Part shown: positions 1 to 21,761 of the stretch, piece after piece
Position numbering within the stretch: the stretch's first letter is position 1
Layout of the letters: every line of letters starts with the position of its first letter
NCBI RefSeq assembly: GCF_009914755.1
Contig: NC_060926.1
Strand: one strand, 5' to 3'
Origin: the human T2T-CHM13v2.0 reference genome, Homo sapiens
Length of the DNA: 64,000 bases
Translations under genes and position numbers: made by a program
The notes under the pieces: generated by a model
Told to the model about the DNA's origin: nothing
What the model saw: only the letters and a program-made list of their open reading frames with translations
Databases searched by the model: none

Positions 1-2634
1 TTTTACTGAATTGATAGCACTGCTAACCACTTGGAAAAGAGTATTTTAGAGATCCATGCATTTTCCTCTGGGATTTAAAAATACAGATTCCTGATTGAAA
101 AGAACAGGTGAAATATTGTTGAGGTTCTTCCATGCAATCCAAGTTGTGAGAGATGGCCTAGACACCATGGATAAAGTACTAGTGAGAATCTGGATCTCAC
201 AGTAATTCAGTTATTAGGTCAACCTTTCTTTATCCAAACTGTACTGTATTTTTCAGAGCTTACTGACAAATAAGTCATTAATCAAGGAGATAATGTTGTG
301 CATGCCTAAGAGACCCAAAATTTATTTCACATTGCTGTGGGCAGAAAAAAGTTTGGTGGTCAATTTTGTTACTCACCAAACACCAGCAGATAATCCTCAG
401 AACAATCCCTGAGGGTAGAGTGAATTGGGGATATAGTTCTTAGAGAGCCCTTTGTTGCTAGAGTGACCAAGATGGCCAAGGAAGGAGTGGGTATCTGTTG
501 TGTGAGAGGAGGGTTGAGTTAAGAAGGTGGCACTGAAGCTCATGTACAGCCAACTCTTACCAAGGTAAAGGGAAATGGAGCTGCCTCTCTCCCTTCCCCT
601 GCACACAATGCAGGCTTCCTGTTGCATTGTTTTGACTTCTTTTTGCTTTCAAGTCTCCCTACTGGGTGGGGAGGTAATAGAGAAATCTTAACTTTCCCAG
701 AGATGATCCTAGATGTTGTTGCACACTTTGGAGAGGCAATGCACTAGTTAAAATGGGTGGTTTTGTGAAAACCTTTCCTTGGCACAAAGTGAGAAGTCCA
801 AGGTTTGGGAGTGCCTCGTGTCCACCAGCACATCTTAGCACTGTTACTAACACCTTGTTAAATAATTCAGTTGTGAGGTATTTGGTAATGTGGCATTAAA
901 ATCCCAGACAATTTTTAAAAAATGAACAACTATTTAAAAATTATATATGAACTACTGTTTTTCAAAATGAATTTCTTCCTAATGGTATCACCATCTATAT
1001 CTTCCGAAGTTTTTGAATTTATGTTTCATTACAGTTGGACAATCTATAAGTCCTGTTCAAGACAACCTATATTTTAGAGAGACTTATTAATATCACCATT
1101 TTATATATTCCTTTATTTTAAATTAGACACTTCTTTATTTTAATTTACAGTTCTTAATGTGAGCCGCTTCAGGGGGACAGGAAATTATAAAATTAGTAAA
1201 GGTGTGTGAAATGTCTAAGAGCGTTCACCTACTCTCCTATCTGAAAACCTTAACTCCGTGGTAGAGAGGAGAGGATTGAGTCTCTTTCTTTGTTTCTTCT
1301 TAAAAATCCTTTTAAGCCTACCTACACTCTCTTTTTCTATGAAAATTTAAAAACAGATATGGATTCTAAACATATTTTGAGAATTCTACTCATTTGGATC
1401 ATTTTCAAGCTAGATAAATACTGATTCAACTTGGGTGTTTTCTTAGCTTATGTTTGCTAAAAAATAATGCAATATTTTACTTTTGCTATATATCACATGA
1501 GCAATGTATAGGTTATAGGCCTAAGTATGCTGTTTAGGGACTTTATTATGAAGAAATTTTGGTTTGTCCTGTCATATGGGTTGTAACATTGAATGCTGTT
1601 ATTTTTAATAAAAGGATGACTTTTGTCTATCATTTTATTTCCTCTTCACTAGGATATAAGTAGAGTCAGATGACTTTCTTAAGACTGTGAAGAAAAAAGA
1701 AATATTATTCCATCAGTGACCTTTGGCAAGCAACTGATCTCTTGAACTATTCTTGTCTCTGGAGTGTTTGACCAAGAATTCTTGTGGTCAAGCCATCGAC
1801 AATCCAAATGTCAAACAACAGTGTGGCCATTTTTCATCTCAAAATAAGTGTTTCTCCAATAAGATGATCAATTAGTCTTATTCACATTGCAACACACCTC
1901 TCTGTGTATTTTATGTCATACAAAGATCTCTATAGTCCTATTAGCTTCTTATTAAAAAAACCTCTTCATTTAGATTTCAGGCTATTAGAACACATAATCA
2001 ATCCAAGCATACCTCATGTATGACCTATGTGTATTGACATTTTCATTATACCAATACATTCTACAAAGGTGGTATTATTTTTAAAAATTCTCTGTTTCTC
2101 AAGAATATGAACTGAAGTCTTTCACAGAAAATGTCACATACTTGATAAAAAATAAAGTTCTAGGAATGGTCTTTTTACTGAAATAAAACAAATTTTATTA
2201 CAATTCCTTAGAATTCTTTTTTTTCACCTGGAAACAAGGCATTTCATGGAATGCTATATAAGAAGAAATTTGAAATTTGTCTTCTTTTTGCTAGAAAGAC
2301 ACTTAAGATACTATACTTTCTTCTAGAGAAAAGCCTAATATGGGAAATATTAGGTGTACATTTTGAGAAGAACTCTGACAGCATCACTCTGTATTACTTT
2401 TGGAAATTTTTGACTGCTCTTTGGGGTTGTGTGGATACAGATAAAACCACTACTTCAAATGCAGCCCGATTTAAAATATGAACTATGGAAAAAAATTCTT
2501 GTTAATGGTAACATCATCCACATTTACCCAAGTTTTGAAATTATTCTCTATTACAGTTGGGCAATTTATAAATCCTGTCTAAGAGGTACCTACATTTTAG
2601 AGAGGTCTATGAATACTATCATTTTAAAGGTGTC

Positions 2635-2936
2635 TTTATTTTATTTATTTTTTGAGACAGAGTCTCGCTCTGTTACCCAGGCTGGAGTGCAGTGGCTGAT
2701 CTCGGCTCACTGCAAACTCTGCCTCCCGGTCTCAAGCAATTCTCCTGCCTCAGTCTTCTGAATAGCTAGGCTTACAGGCGCCCACCACCACACCTGGCTA
2801 ATTTTTTTGTATTTTTAGTAGGGATGGGGTTTCGCCATGTTGGTCAGGATGGTCTTTAACTCCTGACTTCATGTGATCCGGCCACCTTGGCCTTCTAAAG
2901 TGCTGGGATTACAGGCGTAAGCCACCACGTCTGGCC
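2635..2936 (-). mobile_element. Alu (AluS-type), full length
   Basis: Poly-T head followed by gagacagagtctcgctctg...gccaccacgtctggcc; flanked by TSD-like c(t/c)ttatttta. Confidence 0.95.
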
Positions 2937-2953
2937 TTCCTTATTTTAAATTA

Positions 2954-3289
<336 letters not shown>

Positions 3290-5526
3290 TTAAAGGCTCT
3301 TTCTGAGAATGTTACTGAATTTAAACTGTTTCAAATCCTTTTTGGAGGTGTAATAAAAATATATGACTAAATATATATGTATGGTTATATCTGTGTATAG
3401 TGAGAGAGAAAAATAATTCCATGTTCATGTCTTTCTTAACAGAAGTCAGAAATTTGAAACATTTAACATATTCGAAGCTGGTTTAAAATAATAAAATAAT
3501 ACTTTCTTATATTTGAAAGTGAAACAGCAGTTCCAAAGAGCATTATAAATAGAACAATCTTCATTGATTCACTGGTTTATTAATTCTTTCTTTCCTATGA
3601 TGAGCCAGTGACAAGCACCTATTCTGGGCCAGGTATTGTAGGAGGCACTGGAGATACAAAGATAAATGGCAATCTGTGCCCTCCTGGAGATTTTTTCTTC
3701 CTGGAGTTTTAATGTTTAATTTCAACAGCGCTTTTATTAGGAAGGAAAGGCAAGAGAGGAGAGGAGGAAAATGTCTAAAAAAGGGATGGAAGCTTGAGTC
3801 AAAAGCTATTTGGCTTTCCTTGGGAGGTTCTGAACCTATTCCATTATTATAATTGTCTCACTTCTTTACTTTTCCAACTGAAGTGAAACATAGCCCTTTT
3901 CTCTCATATCAAGATAGGATTAATAATCAAAAGACAAGTATGTGGGACCTGGATTCAGATAGGTATGGGCAGAATGTTGATCCTGCTACCAACTCAATTG
4001 TACCTTTCTTTAATTTACATAATTAGCTTGTTTGTGTATTAGTTTCCTCATCACAGAATGGGAATAAAAATATCAGTTGGTCCTTGGTAAAGGCTGATTG
4101 TTTCCCCTTCTAGTTTCTTCTTTTCCCTTTGAGCACTGAATAGCATTGATTTGAAAATAAGGCTCCAAACAAAATGTAAAATAATTGAAACCTAAGAATT
4201 GTATCTTTCAAATGATGTAGCGTAATTGCTAATCTTTATGTTTTATAAGATGCTGGAGTAAAAGTGATGTCAAGGCCTGCTAAATCCTTGGTCTGGCTGT
4301 GAATTTTTGGCACTGATCCAGACTAAATATAGCAAGTCTTGCTTCTTGGGTCAATATAATTTCTAATCTCTAGGTTGAATGGGCAAACCTTCCCAGACAA
4401 GATTTAATTCACAAATCCATTTAGGTAGATACTGGATATATCTAACAATGCATCACCAAGTAATAACAGGTCATCAGCACTAGCTTGGCTAACTAAAAAG
4501 AAACTTGCATTAGGAATCCAGCAATCTCACTAACAAACCCTGCTGGGGATTGACTAAACATAACTGTTAATTGAAAAAAAAATTAAAATAGAGTATTATG
4601 GATATATTCTCCCACTGATAGTTGCACGTAATTTCCCTAAGTGTTAACGGAAGCTGCACAAATGCATCACTGGAAGAGTATACCTCTTAACAGCCACAGT
4701 CATCTGTCAGTCTTCCATTTTACAGACTCTTAAAGGTCGGTGGAAAAGGAAAGAAAATCTCATAGCATTTTCAAAGCTTTTTAAGCAAGAGAAGTCCTTT
4801 ATACTTACCAGTTCACCACACCATAGCTTTAGCTTTAAAATGGCTAAACTGTTTGGAATCACAGTTTCTCATCCCTGGAGAATGGATTTTGCTCTTTATC
4901 TTTCTAGATAATGTTAATGGGATTTCATCTAACTTATTTTATGAAGGACAAGTTTTAAAAAGAGAGGCCTCTCTGATATACATGGGCATTAAAGCACTTC
5001 TTTTTTTTTTTTTTTTTTGGCCTAATCCAGAATGTCTCTAAATTGCAGGACTTAAAGAAAGCTGAGAGCAGGCTTTGTGCTCTCAGAGTTTTAGTAAAAG
5101 TTAAATGTCTTTGTTTTTCCATTCATTTTTCAATGAAATAAACAAGTCTATATTTTCCAATTTCTCCACTAACTGAAATCAATTTCTACAGTGCATGAAA
5201 GTTATTATCACAATTCAGTGTGAAAAGTCAATGAGAAATTTAAGACTGCTGTTTCTATGACCACTTCTAATGATCACCATGGCAGCTTAGACTGCTTAAA
5301 CAATATTACTGTAAACCAGGCCGAAACCAATCCTTATCCATTTCTGTGCAACTTTTCCCAATGCAACAACCATTCAATCTGAGACTGAATAAGCTATACT
5401 TTAGCAATTTATTTGGCTTGTGGCTGCCATTAGTTCTCTATGATTGTCTTAGCAAATTACCATAAACTCAGTAGTTCAAAACAACCCAAATTTATTACCT
5501 TATAATTCTGGAAGTCAGAAGTCTGA

Positions 5527-11809
<6,283 letters not shown>

Positions 11810-12562
11810 AGATCTCCTCTGCATTTACTTTTAATGTATCTGATGCTTAACCCCTGACCAAGTGGACACATGAAATAAACTGTCTTCCTTGGGTAAGAAG
11901 AAGAGTTTGAACAGAAGCCATGTCTTACAGCAGTGAGGCCAGATACTGGATTCCTGTCAATTTTTGTATTTTTAATAGAGATGGAGTTTCACCATATTGG
12001 TCAGGCTGGCCTCAAACTCCTGACCTCAGGTGATCCACTCGCCTTGGCCTCCCATAGTGCTGGGATTACAGGCATGAGCCACTGCGCCTGGCCTGCTTCT
12101 ACTTTTAAGGACCCTTGTGATTCTTGGATAATCCAGAATAACCTCTCTATTTTAGGTTTAGCTGATTAGCAACCATAATTCCATCTGCAATCTGAATTCC
12201 TTTTGCCCAGCAACATAACATATTCACGAATTCTGAAGATTAGGACATGGACATTGCCTACCACAAGGCAGAAAAAAAAATCTTCCCATGCTCCCATTAA
12301 ACAACAACCACCTCCCCAAACAAAAAACAACAACAAAAAAGGCAATCCATTTCTCTTTTTCAGGAGAGTGAAATGAAAACCCTTCTTAGCTGGACAGATT
12401 TGTCATTTGGTTTGAGGATTGGGAGCAAATGTTTTTGAATCACAAACTCCAAGTGAGCCTTGTCTAGCTTGGGGAAAGTTCCCAGATTTGTGACAGTCAC
12501 AGAAGCAGAATTGAGGTTTGAGTCCTTTGGGGGCTCACTTCATGTTTCAAATAGTAAACTGA

Positions 12563-12869
12563 GGCCAGGCTCAGTGGCTCACGCCTGTAATCTCAGCACT
12601 TTGGGAGGCTGAGATGGGCAGATCACCTAAGGTCAGGAATTCGAGGCCATCCTGGCCAACATGGTGAAACATCGTCTCTACTAAAAATAAAAATTAAAAA
12701 ATAAAATAGCTGGGCTTGGTGGCACATGCCCGTAATCCCAGCTACCTGGGAGGCTGAGGCAGGAGAATCGCTTGAACCTGGGAGGTGGAGGTTTCAATGA
12801 GCCAAGATTGAGCCAATGCACTGCAGCCTGGTCGACAGGGCGAGGCTCCATCTCAAAAAAAAAAAAAAA
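12563..12869 (+). mobile_element. Alu (AluS-type)
   Basis: Full dimer with poly-A; TSD agtaaactga on both sides. Confidence 0.95.
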
Positions 12870-13749
12870 GTAAACTGAGGCAAACAATAACTTTCTTGCA
12901 GTTGTCTGAAGAGAATAGTTGAAAGATGTACCATTGTAATCTGAACTGGGTGGAAGAGAGCTGGACAGGCTTCCCCTTTCCTCAAAGCATAGATTGCAAT
13001 CCCCTGTTGGAGACATGAAGACATTAACTACAGTACTGACAGACCCTGGGTGGGTAATTTCACAGACAGTGGTTTTTACTGGTATCTGGGGCATAATTAG
13101 ATACTAACACCCCATCATTGATGCATCTTTTTCTTTTTCTTTCTGACTATTTTGGAGGAGGGGATCAACTTTGTCTCTCCCATTCTTCTTCCCACATCCC
13201 TGCACATGTTTTTTGTCTGTCAGGGATACCTAGTACCTCCCCGTGAAAAGGTATAAGTTACCGTTCTGTAAAATGTGTGCAGCTTTTATAGTAGAATTCT
13301 ATGTAGCTGTGATGAACTGCCAGATTGGGCTTGGCTAGAATTGTTTTTCTTTATTGCCTTTTAATTCTCCCTCTGATCCTTTAAAAAATATAATAGGTCT
13401 TTCCTAAGTCAAAAGATTCAAAGACATGCTGGTCAACCACAAGACATAAGGAAATCTTTTAGGATTTGTAGAGTTAGGGGAGGAAAAGATTCTATTTCTA
13501 GGTAACAGTAGCAATCTGTTTCTGCACTCCTCCACTCCTCAGCCTCCACCTCCATTGCAGCCCTTTCAGAAAAGGCCCCAACGGGCCTCTTTACATGCCT
13601 AGAAGCATAAACTTTGCAATATCAAAACGCTTCTGATGATAATCGCTCCTGCTGATACTCACACGAAAAGGATTTGCTAAATCCTATTCCCAAAGAATAA
13701 TGGGTCATGAGTTGATTTTAGATCCTGCTGGATGATCAGAAGAACAGCT

Positions 13750-14072
13750 CTGTGTGTGTGTGTGTTTGTGTGTGTCTGTGTGCATGTGTGTGTGTGTGTA
13801 TTGGAGACAGGGTCTTGGTCTGTTGCCTAAGCTGGAATGCAGTGGCCAGATCACTTCTCACTGCAGCCTCAACTTCATGGGCTCAAGTGGTCCTCCCACT
13901 TCAGCCTCCCATGTAGCTGTGACCACTGTGCCCAGCTAATTTTTAAATTTTTTGTAGAAATGGAGTGTTACTTTGTTGCCCAGGCTTATTTCAAACTCCT
14001 GGCCTCCAGCCATCCTCCCATTTCCGCCTTCCAAAGTGTTGGGATTACACACATGAGCCACCATGCCCAGCC
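13750..14072 (-). mobile_element. AluJ-type element with a (TG)n microsatellite tail (13750-13800)
   Basis: Diverged Alu with ggctcaagtggtcctcccac (J-type) preceded by a TG repeat. Confidence 0.85.
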
Positions 14073-14120
14073 CAAGAGCTCTTATTTCATCCTTTTATTT
14101 TATTTATTTCTGATGACTAT

Positions 14121-14631
14121 TGTGGTGGGCAGCCTTTAAAACAGTCCCAATGATCCCTGATTTCTTGAGTATGGGCTGGACCTAGTAATTTGCTTCTAAC
14201 CAACAGAATAAGGCAGAAGTAATGAGATTTTGGTTCCGAGACTGGGCTACAGAAAGACTTTGGTTTCCATCATACTTGCCCTTGATTGCTCTTTCATGTG
14301 TTTGCTTTGATGAAAAAAGGGCTGCCATGTTTTGAGCTGCCCTATGGAGAGGCCATGTGACAAAGAACTGAGGTAGGCTTCCAAGTGACAGCCAGGGAGG
14401 AACCCCAGCTCTCGCTATGACAGCTGCAGAGGAACTGAATCCTGTCAACAACCATTAGAAGTGAATCTTCCCTTAGTCAAGACTTGAGCTGACTGCAGTC
14501 ATGAGGCTATTAGAGCTGGCAAAGCTTATGCCTAGATTCCACCCACAAAATCTGTGAGAAAATTCATGCTTGTTGTCTTAAGCTTCTAAGTTTCGGGGTA
14601 ATTTGTTCCATAACAATAGATAACTAACACA
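14121..14631 (+). mobile_element. MLT1-family MaLR solo LTR
   Basis: Starts tgtggtggg; contains ggagaggccatgtgacaaagaactgagg; ends taatttgttccataacaatagataactaacaca. Confidence 0.75.
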
Positions 14632-15669
14632 ACAATGAAGTTTAACATTAAAGTTTGGAAAACAGAGGGGAAAAAATCACCCATAATTTTACCACTGAAT
14701 CACAAACACTGCTTTAGTTTTTGCATGTTTTATTTCAGTCTGCACACATATTCACACATATATTTACACTGTAAGCATAATGTGAATAAAATTTTGCATC
14801 CTATCTTTTATTTAACATTAAGCCATAAGTATTTCCATGTTGCTACAAAAATCTTCATAATTATAATTTTTAATGGCTGCATAATACTCTCTCAAGTGAA
14901 GGTACTATAAAATAGCTAATTTCCTCATTCTCTTTGGGCATTTCAGTTACTTCCCATATTTCATTTGAAATTAAATATAATGTTGCAATCAGAATCTTTG
15001 TTTATATGGTACTTTCCTTTTTATCCTCTCCATTTCAATTTCTCCCATGCCATTCTCTTCCTTGGTAATTGCTGTAATAACTCCTCAGATAATCCTCCGT
15101 GGTCAATGGATAGCAAAATTTGGGTCAGATCATATCCAAAGCTATCTTTGTTTTTCTCCTCTTTAAGTATTAGCTTAGACAGCTATTCATTTTATATTGA
15201 AAATTGTCGTGCCCAAATATATGGCAATATCGAACTTAAGAAAAATTCCATCTCCCCAATAAGAAGATAAATTTTCAAAGTTTTTAACCAGCTTGAATAT
15301 ACAGTTTTATACATGGAAACAAAGTAGGTATTAGATATTTATGATATTTAATTTCATCATTAATTTTAAAGCAACCTTGCAAAGTCACTTTATTTGTTTT
15401 ACATAATGCTTTCTTTTTTGTTCCTGTTGATTCTTACAAATTATTGCGGTCCTTACTGTGGTAAAATATGCCTAATATAAATTTTGTCATTTTAACCATT
15501 TTTAAGTGTACAGTTCGATGGTATTAAGTACATTTACATTGTTGTGCGACTATCTTCATCTAACATCAGTGATACTGTTTTTCTTTTAGGTTAGGAAAAA
15601 TGCTCCTGAGTGTGATTATAGGGTCAGAGGGTTTAAATCACATGCCTGTTAACTTTTAAAATTCAAGCA

Positions 15670-15900
15670 AATTGTAGTGTCTAAGAGCATGGGCTATAGA
15701 GTTAGACACACCTGGATTTGAGTCCTGAATCTGAGTAATATTTTACAACTGTGGGGAAGTTACCCAACTTTCTAAGCCTCATATTCCTCTTCTACAAAGT
15801 GGGGATAATAATTACACTTAATAGTACCTATTAATAATGGCATAAAATTACATGTGCAAACTACTTAGTAAGGTTCCTGCCACATAGTCAACACTAATTA
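15670..15900 (+). mobile_element. MIR SINE fragment
   Basis: Core aagttacccaactttctaagcctcatattcctcttctacaaagtggggataataat. Confidence 0.65.
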
Positions 15901-16639
15901 TTTATTAGTAATTTGTAAACATATGTAATATATAAACACTGATTAACTAATCATTGTCATCATCATCACAATCACAATCCTATAGAATAGGTTGTTTTTT
16001 GAATAATGCAGCTCCTGGCATTTTACTGTCTCTGGCATATACTGCAATGCAAGGAGATTTAGAACAATATTTGTGAGCAGCGTTTGTGTTTTGAACAAGT
16101 TGTAATAAAATTATCACTGGGATGATTCAACACAAATTTGGAGGATCAGCTTTTTGCAGAGCTAAACAATAACTACAACAGACATAGAATTAAACCACAA
16201 CACAGTATTCACAGTACACCACAAGGCAGACCTCAATATGAAATGAAGCACGGTGGGAAAGAAGAGAAAATGAGAGAGAGAGAGAGAGAGAGAGAAGAAA
16301 TGAATAGAAAGAGAATCAAGGAAGCACCTGGTAGTTATGCTATAAAGGAAAGTGATTGAAGAAAAAAAGGAGGATGATACATATTCAAGTGCTGCAACTA
16401 TCCTCACAATACTCTCAAGAGATAGTAAGCAGTAGATAAACAAGCCTAAATGCAGAAAACTTACTTTTCTCAGCCTCACACAGCAAATTACTGGCAGAAA
16501 TGGGATTAGAATGTAGGGTCTTGCTTCCCTAATTCTATTTGCTTTTGGTTCACTGTATTAGTCTGATTAAGGATTAATTCTAAAAGGAGGTCTTTTTCAC
16601 TTGAAATGAGTGGGGTTTTACAGACACAGATTCTTGGAG

Positions 16640-17095
16640 AATGGATAAAGCATAGCTGTGCTGGAGAGCTTCCATTTGCCCCTGAGATCCACTCTCACCA
16701 CTGTCCATCTTGCTCTCTGCACCAGTCTCATCTGGACAGACTCCATCAAAGGGTTCCCTTGCCCTCCAACTTCCTGTGAGTATTACCAAGTAAGACTGGT
16801 GGGAGGAGAGTACTTATTCTTCTGTTTCCTCTCTGAGAGGTTTCATCAGCTTGGTGCCTTGGCTCCCATCTGGTGGTCCTCTGCACGTAGCCTCTCTCTC
16901 TTCAGGTTCCAGCAATTTCTCTATTCCCTTGCATATATTTCAGGGTGGCAACAGTCCTAGGGTACTGCAGTGCTATCCATTGTTGATTCTCTATAGCCTG
17001 CTCACACCCTCGTAAACAGTGCCCTTACCAAATTCTCCTTAAATTATCCATTTTTAGTGTGCCATCTGTTTTCCACTGGGACTTTGAGTGATACA
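16640..17095 (+). mobile_element. ERVL LTR33-like solo LTR
   Basis: 3' terminus gtgtgccatctgttttccactgggactttgagtgataca resembles the LTR33 end (recalled from memory). Confidence 0.45.
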
Positions 17096-17252
17096 CAAAC
17101 TTTATTGTCACAAACCAGAACTTTTGGGAAAGAAAGAGGGGGCATCTTGGCCAAAGAAGGATCTGGTTTCTCATTACTCCAGACTGGGTTTGGCAGATGC
17201 TAATGCTAAAGGGAGATAAGTTATTCCAACAGCTATGAGTCAAAGAAAACTG

Positions 17253-17527
17253 GGCTGGGTGTGGTGGTTTACACCTGTAATCCCAGCACTTTGAGAGGCC
17301 GAGGCAGGAGGATTGCTGGAGCCCAGGAGCTTGAGACCAGCCTGGCCAACATAAGGAGACCCTGTCTCTACAAAAGAAAAGAAAAATAGCTGGGCATAGT
17401 GGCATGCTCCTGTAGTCCCAGCTACTCAGGGGGCTGAAATGGGAGGATTGCTTGAGCACAGGAGGTCAAGGCTGCAGTGTGCCATGATTGTGCCACTGTC
17501 CTGTCTCAAAAAACAAAAAACAAAAAG
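17253..17527 (+). mobile_element. AluJ-type
   Basis: ggaggattgctggagcccaggag (J diagnostic); short deletion near the 3' end. Confidence 0.9.
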
Positions 17528-17833
17528 GTAAACCAGATCCTTCCACTTCCAGTCAAACATGAAGGGACATTTCCATTAGCTTCAGCATATCATGAGAAGA
17601 GACCTGGGCTGTGCAGTGAACTTTTGTCCTGGGCTGTCCTGGGGAGATGACTGTTACATTCCTCCTCTGAGTATAGCTTGGACCCTTATCAAGAGTGGCT
17701 AGGCAATCTGGGGCTGAGCTGTCCAGACGTCTACTGATTCTTAAAAATTATGTAGCTAAATGTCAACCAAATCCTCACTTTTCAAGCCTATCATTCACAC
17801 CTAAATTACAGTATTATAATCAAGCTTTGCATT

Positions 17834-18289
17834 TGTCTTAGTCTCCTTTGTGTTGCTATAACAAAACACCTGGGGCTGAATAATTTATGAAGAAAAGAGG
17901 TTTCTTTAGCTCAGGGGTCTGCAGGTTGGGAAGTTCAAGGGGCATGGTACCAGCATCTGCTCAGCTTCTGTCTCATGCTGCTTCCATTCATGGCAGAAAG
18001 CAGAATCAAGGCAGGCATGTGCAAAGAGATCAAACAGCAAGAGAGGTAGCAAGAGAGAGAAACTGAGGGAGCCATACTCTTTTTAACAGTTCGCTGTCTC
18101 AGAAACTAATCCATTCCCATAAGAGTGAGGACTCACTCAACCCTTTGGTACGGAATTAATCAATTCATGAGAGACCTGCTCCCAGGACCTAAATACCTCC
18201 CACTAGGCCCTACCTACCAACATTGGCACATTGGGGATCAAATTTCAACACGAGTTTTGGTGGGTACAAACCACACCCAAACCAAAGCA
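17834..18289 (-). mobile_element. MST-family (MSTB-like) MaLR LTR
   Basis: tgtcttagtc...gttgctataacaaaacacctggggctg through caaaccaaagca. Confidence 0.75.
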
Positions 18290-18610
18290 GTATCTAAGGC
18301 GTTCAGGCTTTGAATTCTTTAACGAACAGTCTAGTGACCAAAGAAAGTGTTTTTACGTGTCATTTGTTTGGAGATCCCCAGACTCCAGATAAGAGATTGT
18401 CCTGAGAAACCCTACAAAGATACCACTGTTGTTCTATATGGGAAAGATAGCCTTGACATTGGAGCTGGGGCATTTGCCACTTTATGTCCTCTCTTGAGAA
18501 TGCTTTATACATTTGATGGGGCAGAGTCAAGACCCCAAAGTCAGGCTCCAGCCAGCTGAGAGAACTTCTTCTATTCTGCAGGTAATGGGAAAGACCAACG
18601 CTAATCTCAC

Positions 18611-18975
<365 letters not shown>

Positions 18976-20974
18976 TAGCTTTAATTGTCTACTTCTCTCT
19001 TTGGTACATAACTATGTAGAGGCTTCCTTGTATTGTTACTTCAATGGCTCATGTTTATTCATTTTTGGTATTTATTGAGTGGGCAGGAACTGGGTTATTA
19101 TGAGCAGTTGTAATATGATGAATACAGACCCTACTCTCATAGAGCTTACAGTCTAAGAGAGGTCAGGGATACATGAAGAGATCATTATATGTGTTCGTTC
19201 CTTGTTTTGCCAACTTCCTCATAAGGATAGGGCAGGACTCGTATCTATTATTTTGCATCCTTTGAGTACCAAGCATATAGACAATATTCAGTAAATACTT
19301 TTTATGTTTCCTGTTAGTAAGTCAGAGTTTGTTACTCTGTCTGCCATGGTGTCAAAGGCATCACAGGTACCTAGCCTCAAAGTAAAGAAGGAAATGAGAT
19401 TGGGAATAATGCCTGCTTAGCTCTCTGTACACTCTGAAACAGCTGTCAAATCAGACTGTATAGCTCCAGATGTCTGATAGACTGGGCCAGCTCCTGCATT
19501 CCAGTCCTTCTTCCTGGGGGCTCAGATGCTCCCGTTCTTGGTGAGCCACCCTACCCCATTGTGAAAACCCTTTTCAAATAAGGAAAAGACCAAAGAGGAA
19601 AGAACAGGGAGCTCTGTGGCTAAACTGGCTTCAACTCTCAGGGTTGAGAAACCGTTTTCCAACCCACCTCATTAAAGAGAGTGGGAAAGTAAAGACTTTA
19701 TCTGAGGCTCATTGGAGTTCAGTCACAAACTATTGTTTTAGTTTTCTTGCTAAATTCTTGATATCTATTGCCACTGGCTGATATATTTTACCATTGCTCT
19801 CTTAGGAACTAAAGTGCCCAGTAATTCAAACAAGTATATTTTGAGATTGTTTGGGAGTGGTTCTCTTCAATTACTAATTTAATTTCCAACACTCCTGGTC
19901 TTTTTTACTTTGAGTTAAAGTGAATGTTATTTATGCATCAGGATTTTCATGATGGAAATAGTTCTGTGCAGGGAAACTGAGTAGTTTAAAATGGACAGTA
20001 GACCTTATATTGGTCACCATCACTTGGTATTAATGTCATCTCATCCATCTAGGTACCCAAAAATTCAAATTAAAAAGTTACACCAATTAAAGCATGGTAA
20101 TTTTGTCCATAACTTTCTTCAAAACTTTTATTTTTATATAGTTATCTATTTAGGTGCTTTATTTTTGTTTCAGCCAGCATGTTCTTCTCACATTTGTAGC
20201 AATTTGCTCATGATCTTAGGTCTTCTTTTTAATTTTCAGGCCATTGGAACATCCTTCTCACTTGTGTCTGGAAGGCACTCGGTAATGCCCCCTCCCCACC
20301 AGCGCTTACTCTGCTGCTGGACTAAGTCCTAAACCGTTTTTGTAGACCCAGTCTGGCGTTCCCCCATCTGTCTGAGACTCTCTCTGCTGGTGACTCTATA
20401 ACTCATTTGTCCATCGAGTTCTCACCTTGTCATTTGGATTGGAAGGACACCAGTAGTCTTCAGGTTATAACTTCAGCATCATCTCCTGGCTCCCCCATTC
20501 TAGCAATTCCTTAATGTCATCTCAGGACATGCTCTCCCATGTTCCACTTAGAAGGAGACATGATGCTCCCTCCCATCAGACTTGATACAGGTTTGAGGTG
20601 GTACTCAGATGCTCTGTTCCTTAATTCAATTTAATTAATTTATTTATTTTGCTAATTAAACATTGATTTGTGGAAGCTGGTGAAATGGGTAGGACCAGAA
20701 ACCAATCCAGAGGTGGGCTCAGTGCTGAGTGCTCTAGATAAGCCAAACTCAAAGTCTTAGCAGAATTAGAATATGCATTGACAGAAAACCAATAACTGCT
20801 ATTTACAGCTATTACTTTAATATTTGTTGCTCTTATATTGTTTAAGTCATTTTTATAACAAAGATGAATTAACTGAACTGTGAAAAACATAATATTCCTT
20901 AAGGATTCTCTAGCCAAAGGAGCAATAAATTTCAAGGTAGAGAAAAAAGAATAAGTATTAAGACTGCATTCACC

Positions 20975-21306
<332 letters not shown>

Positions 21307-21425
21307 CTATAATAAATTATCAGTTAGAATTAGGTTTAGCTGCAAGTAACAGAGACACAAAAAGTAATATAGTGACTTTAACAAGATGGAGTTGCACTTT
21401 TCTTTCATCTAAAAGTCTATAAGTC

Positions 21426-21761
<336 letters not shown>

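Noticed and set aside
19430-19460. TGATTTGACAG (minus strand) resembling a PBX-MEIS site
   Set aside because: One base longer than the canonical TGATTGACAG; a single motif without conservation data is insufficient.
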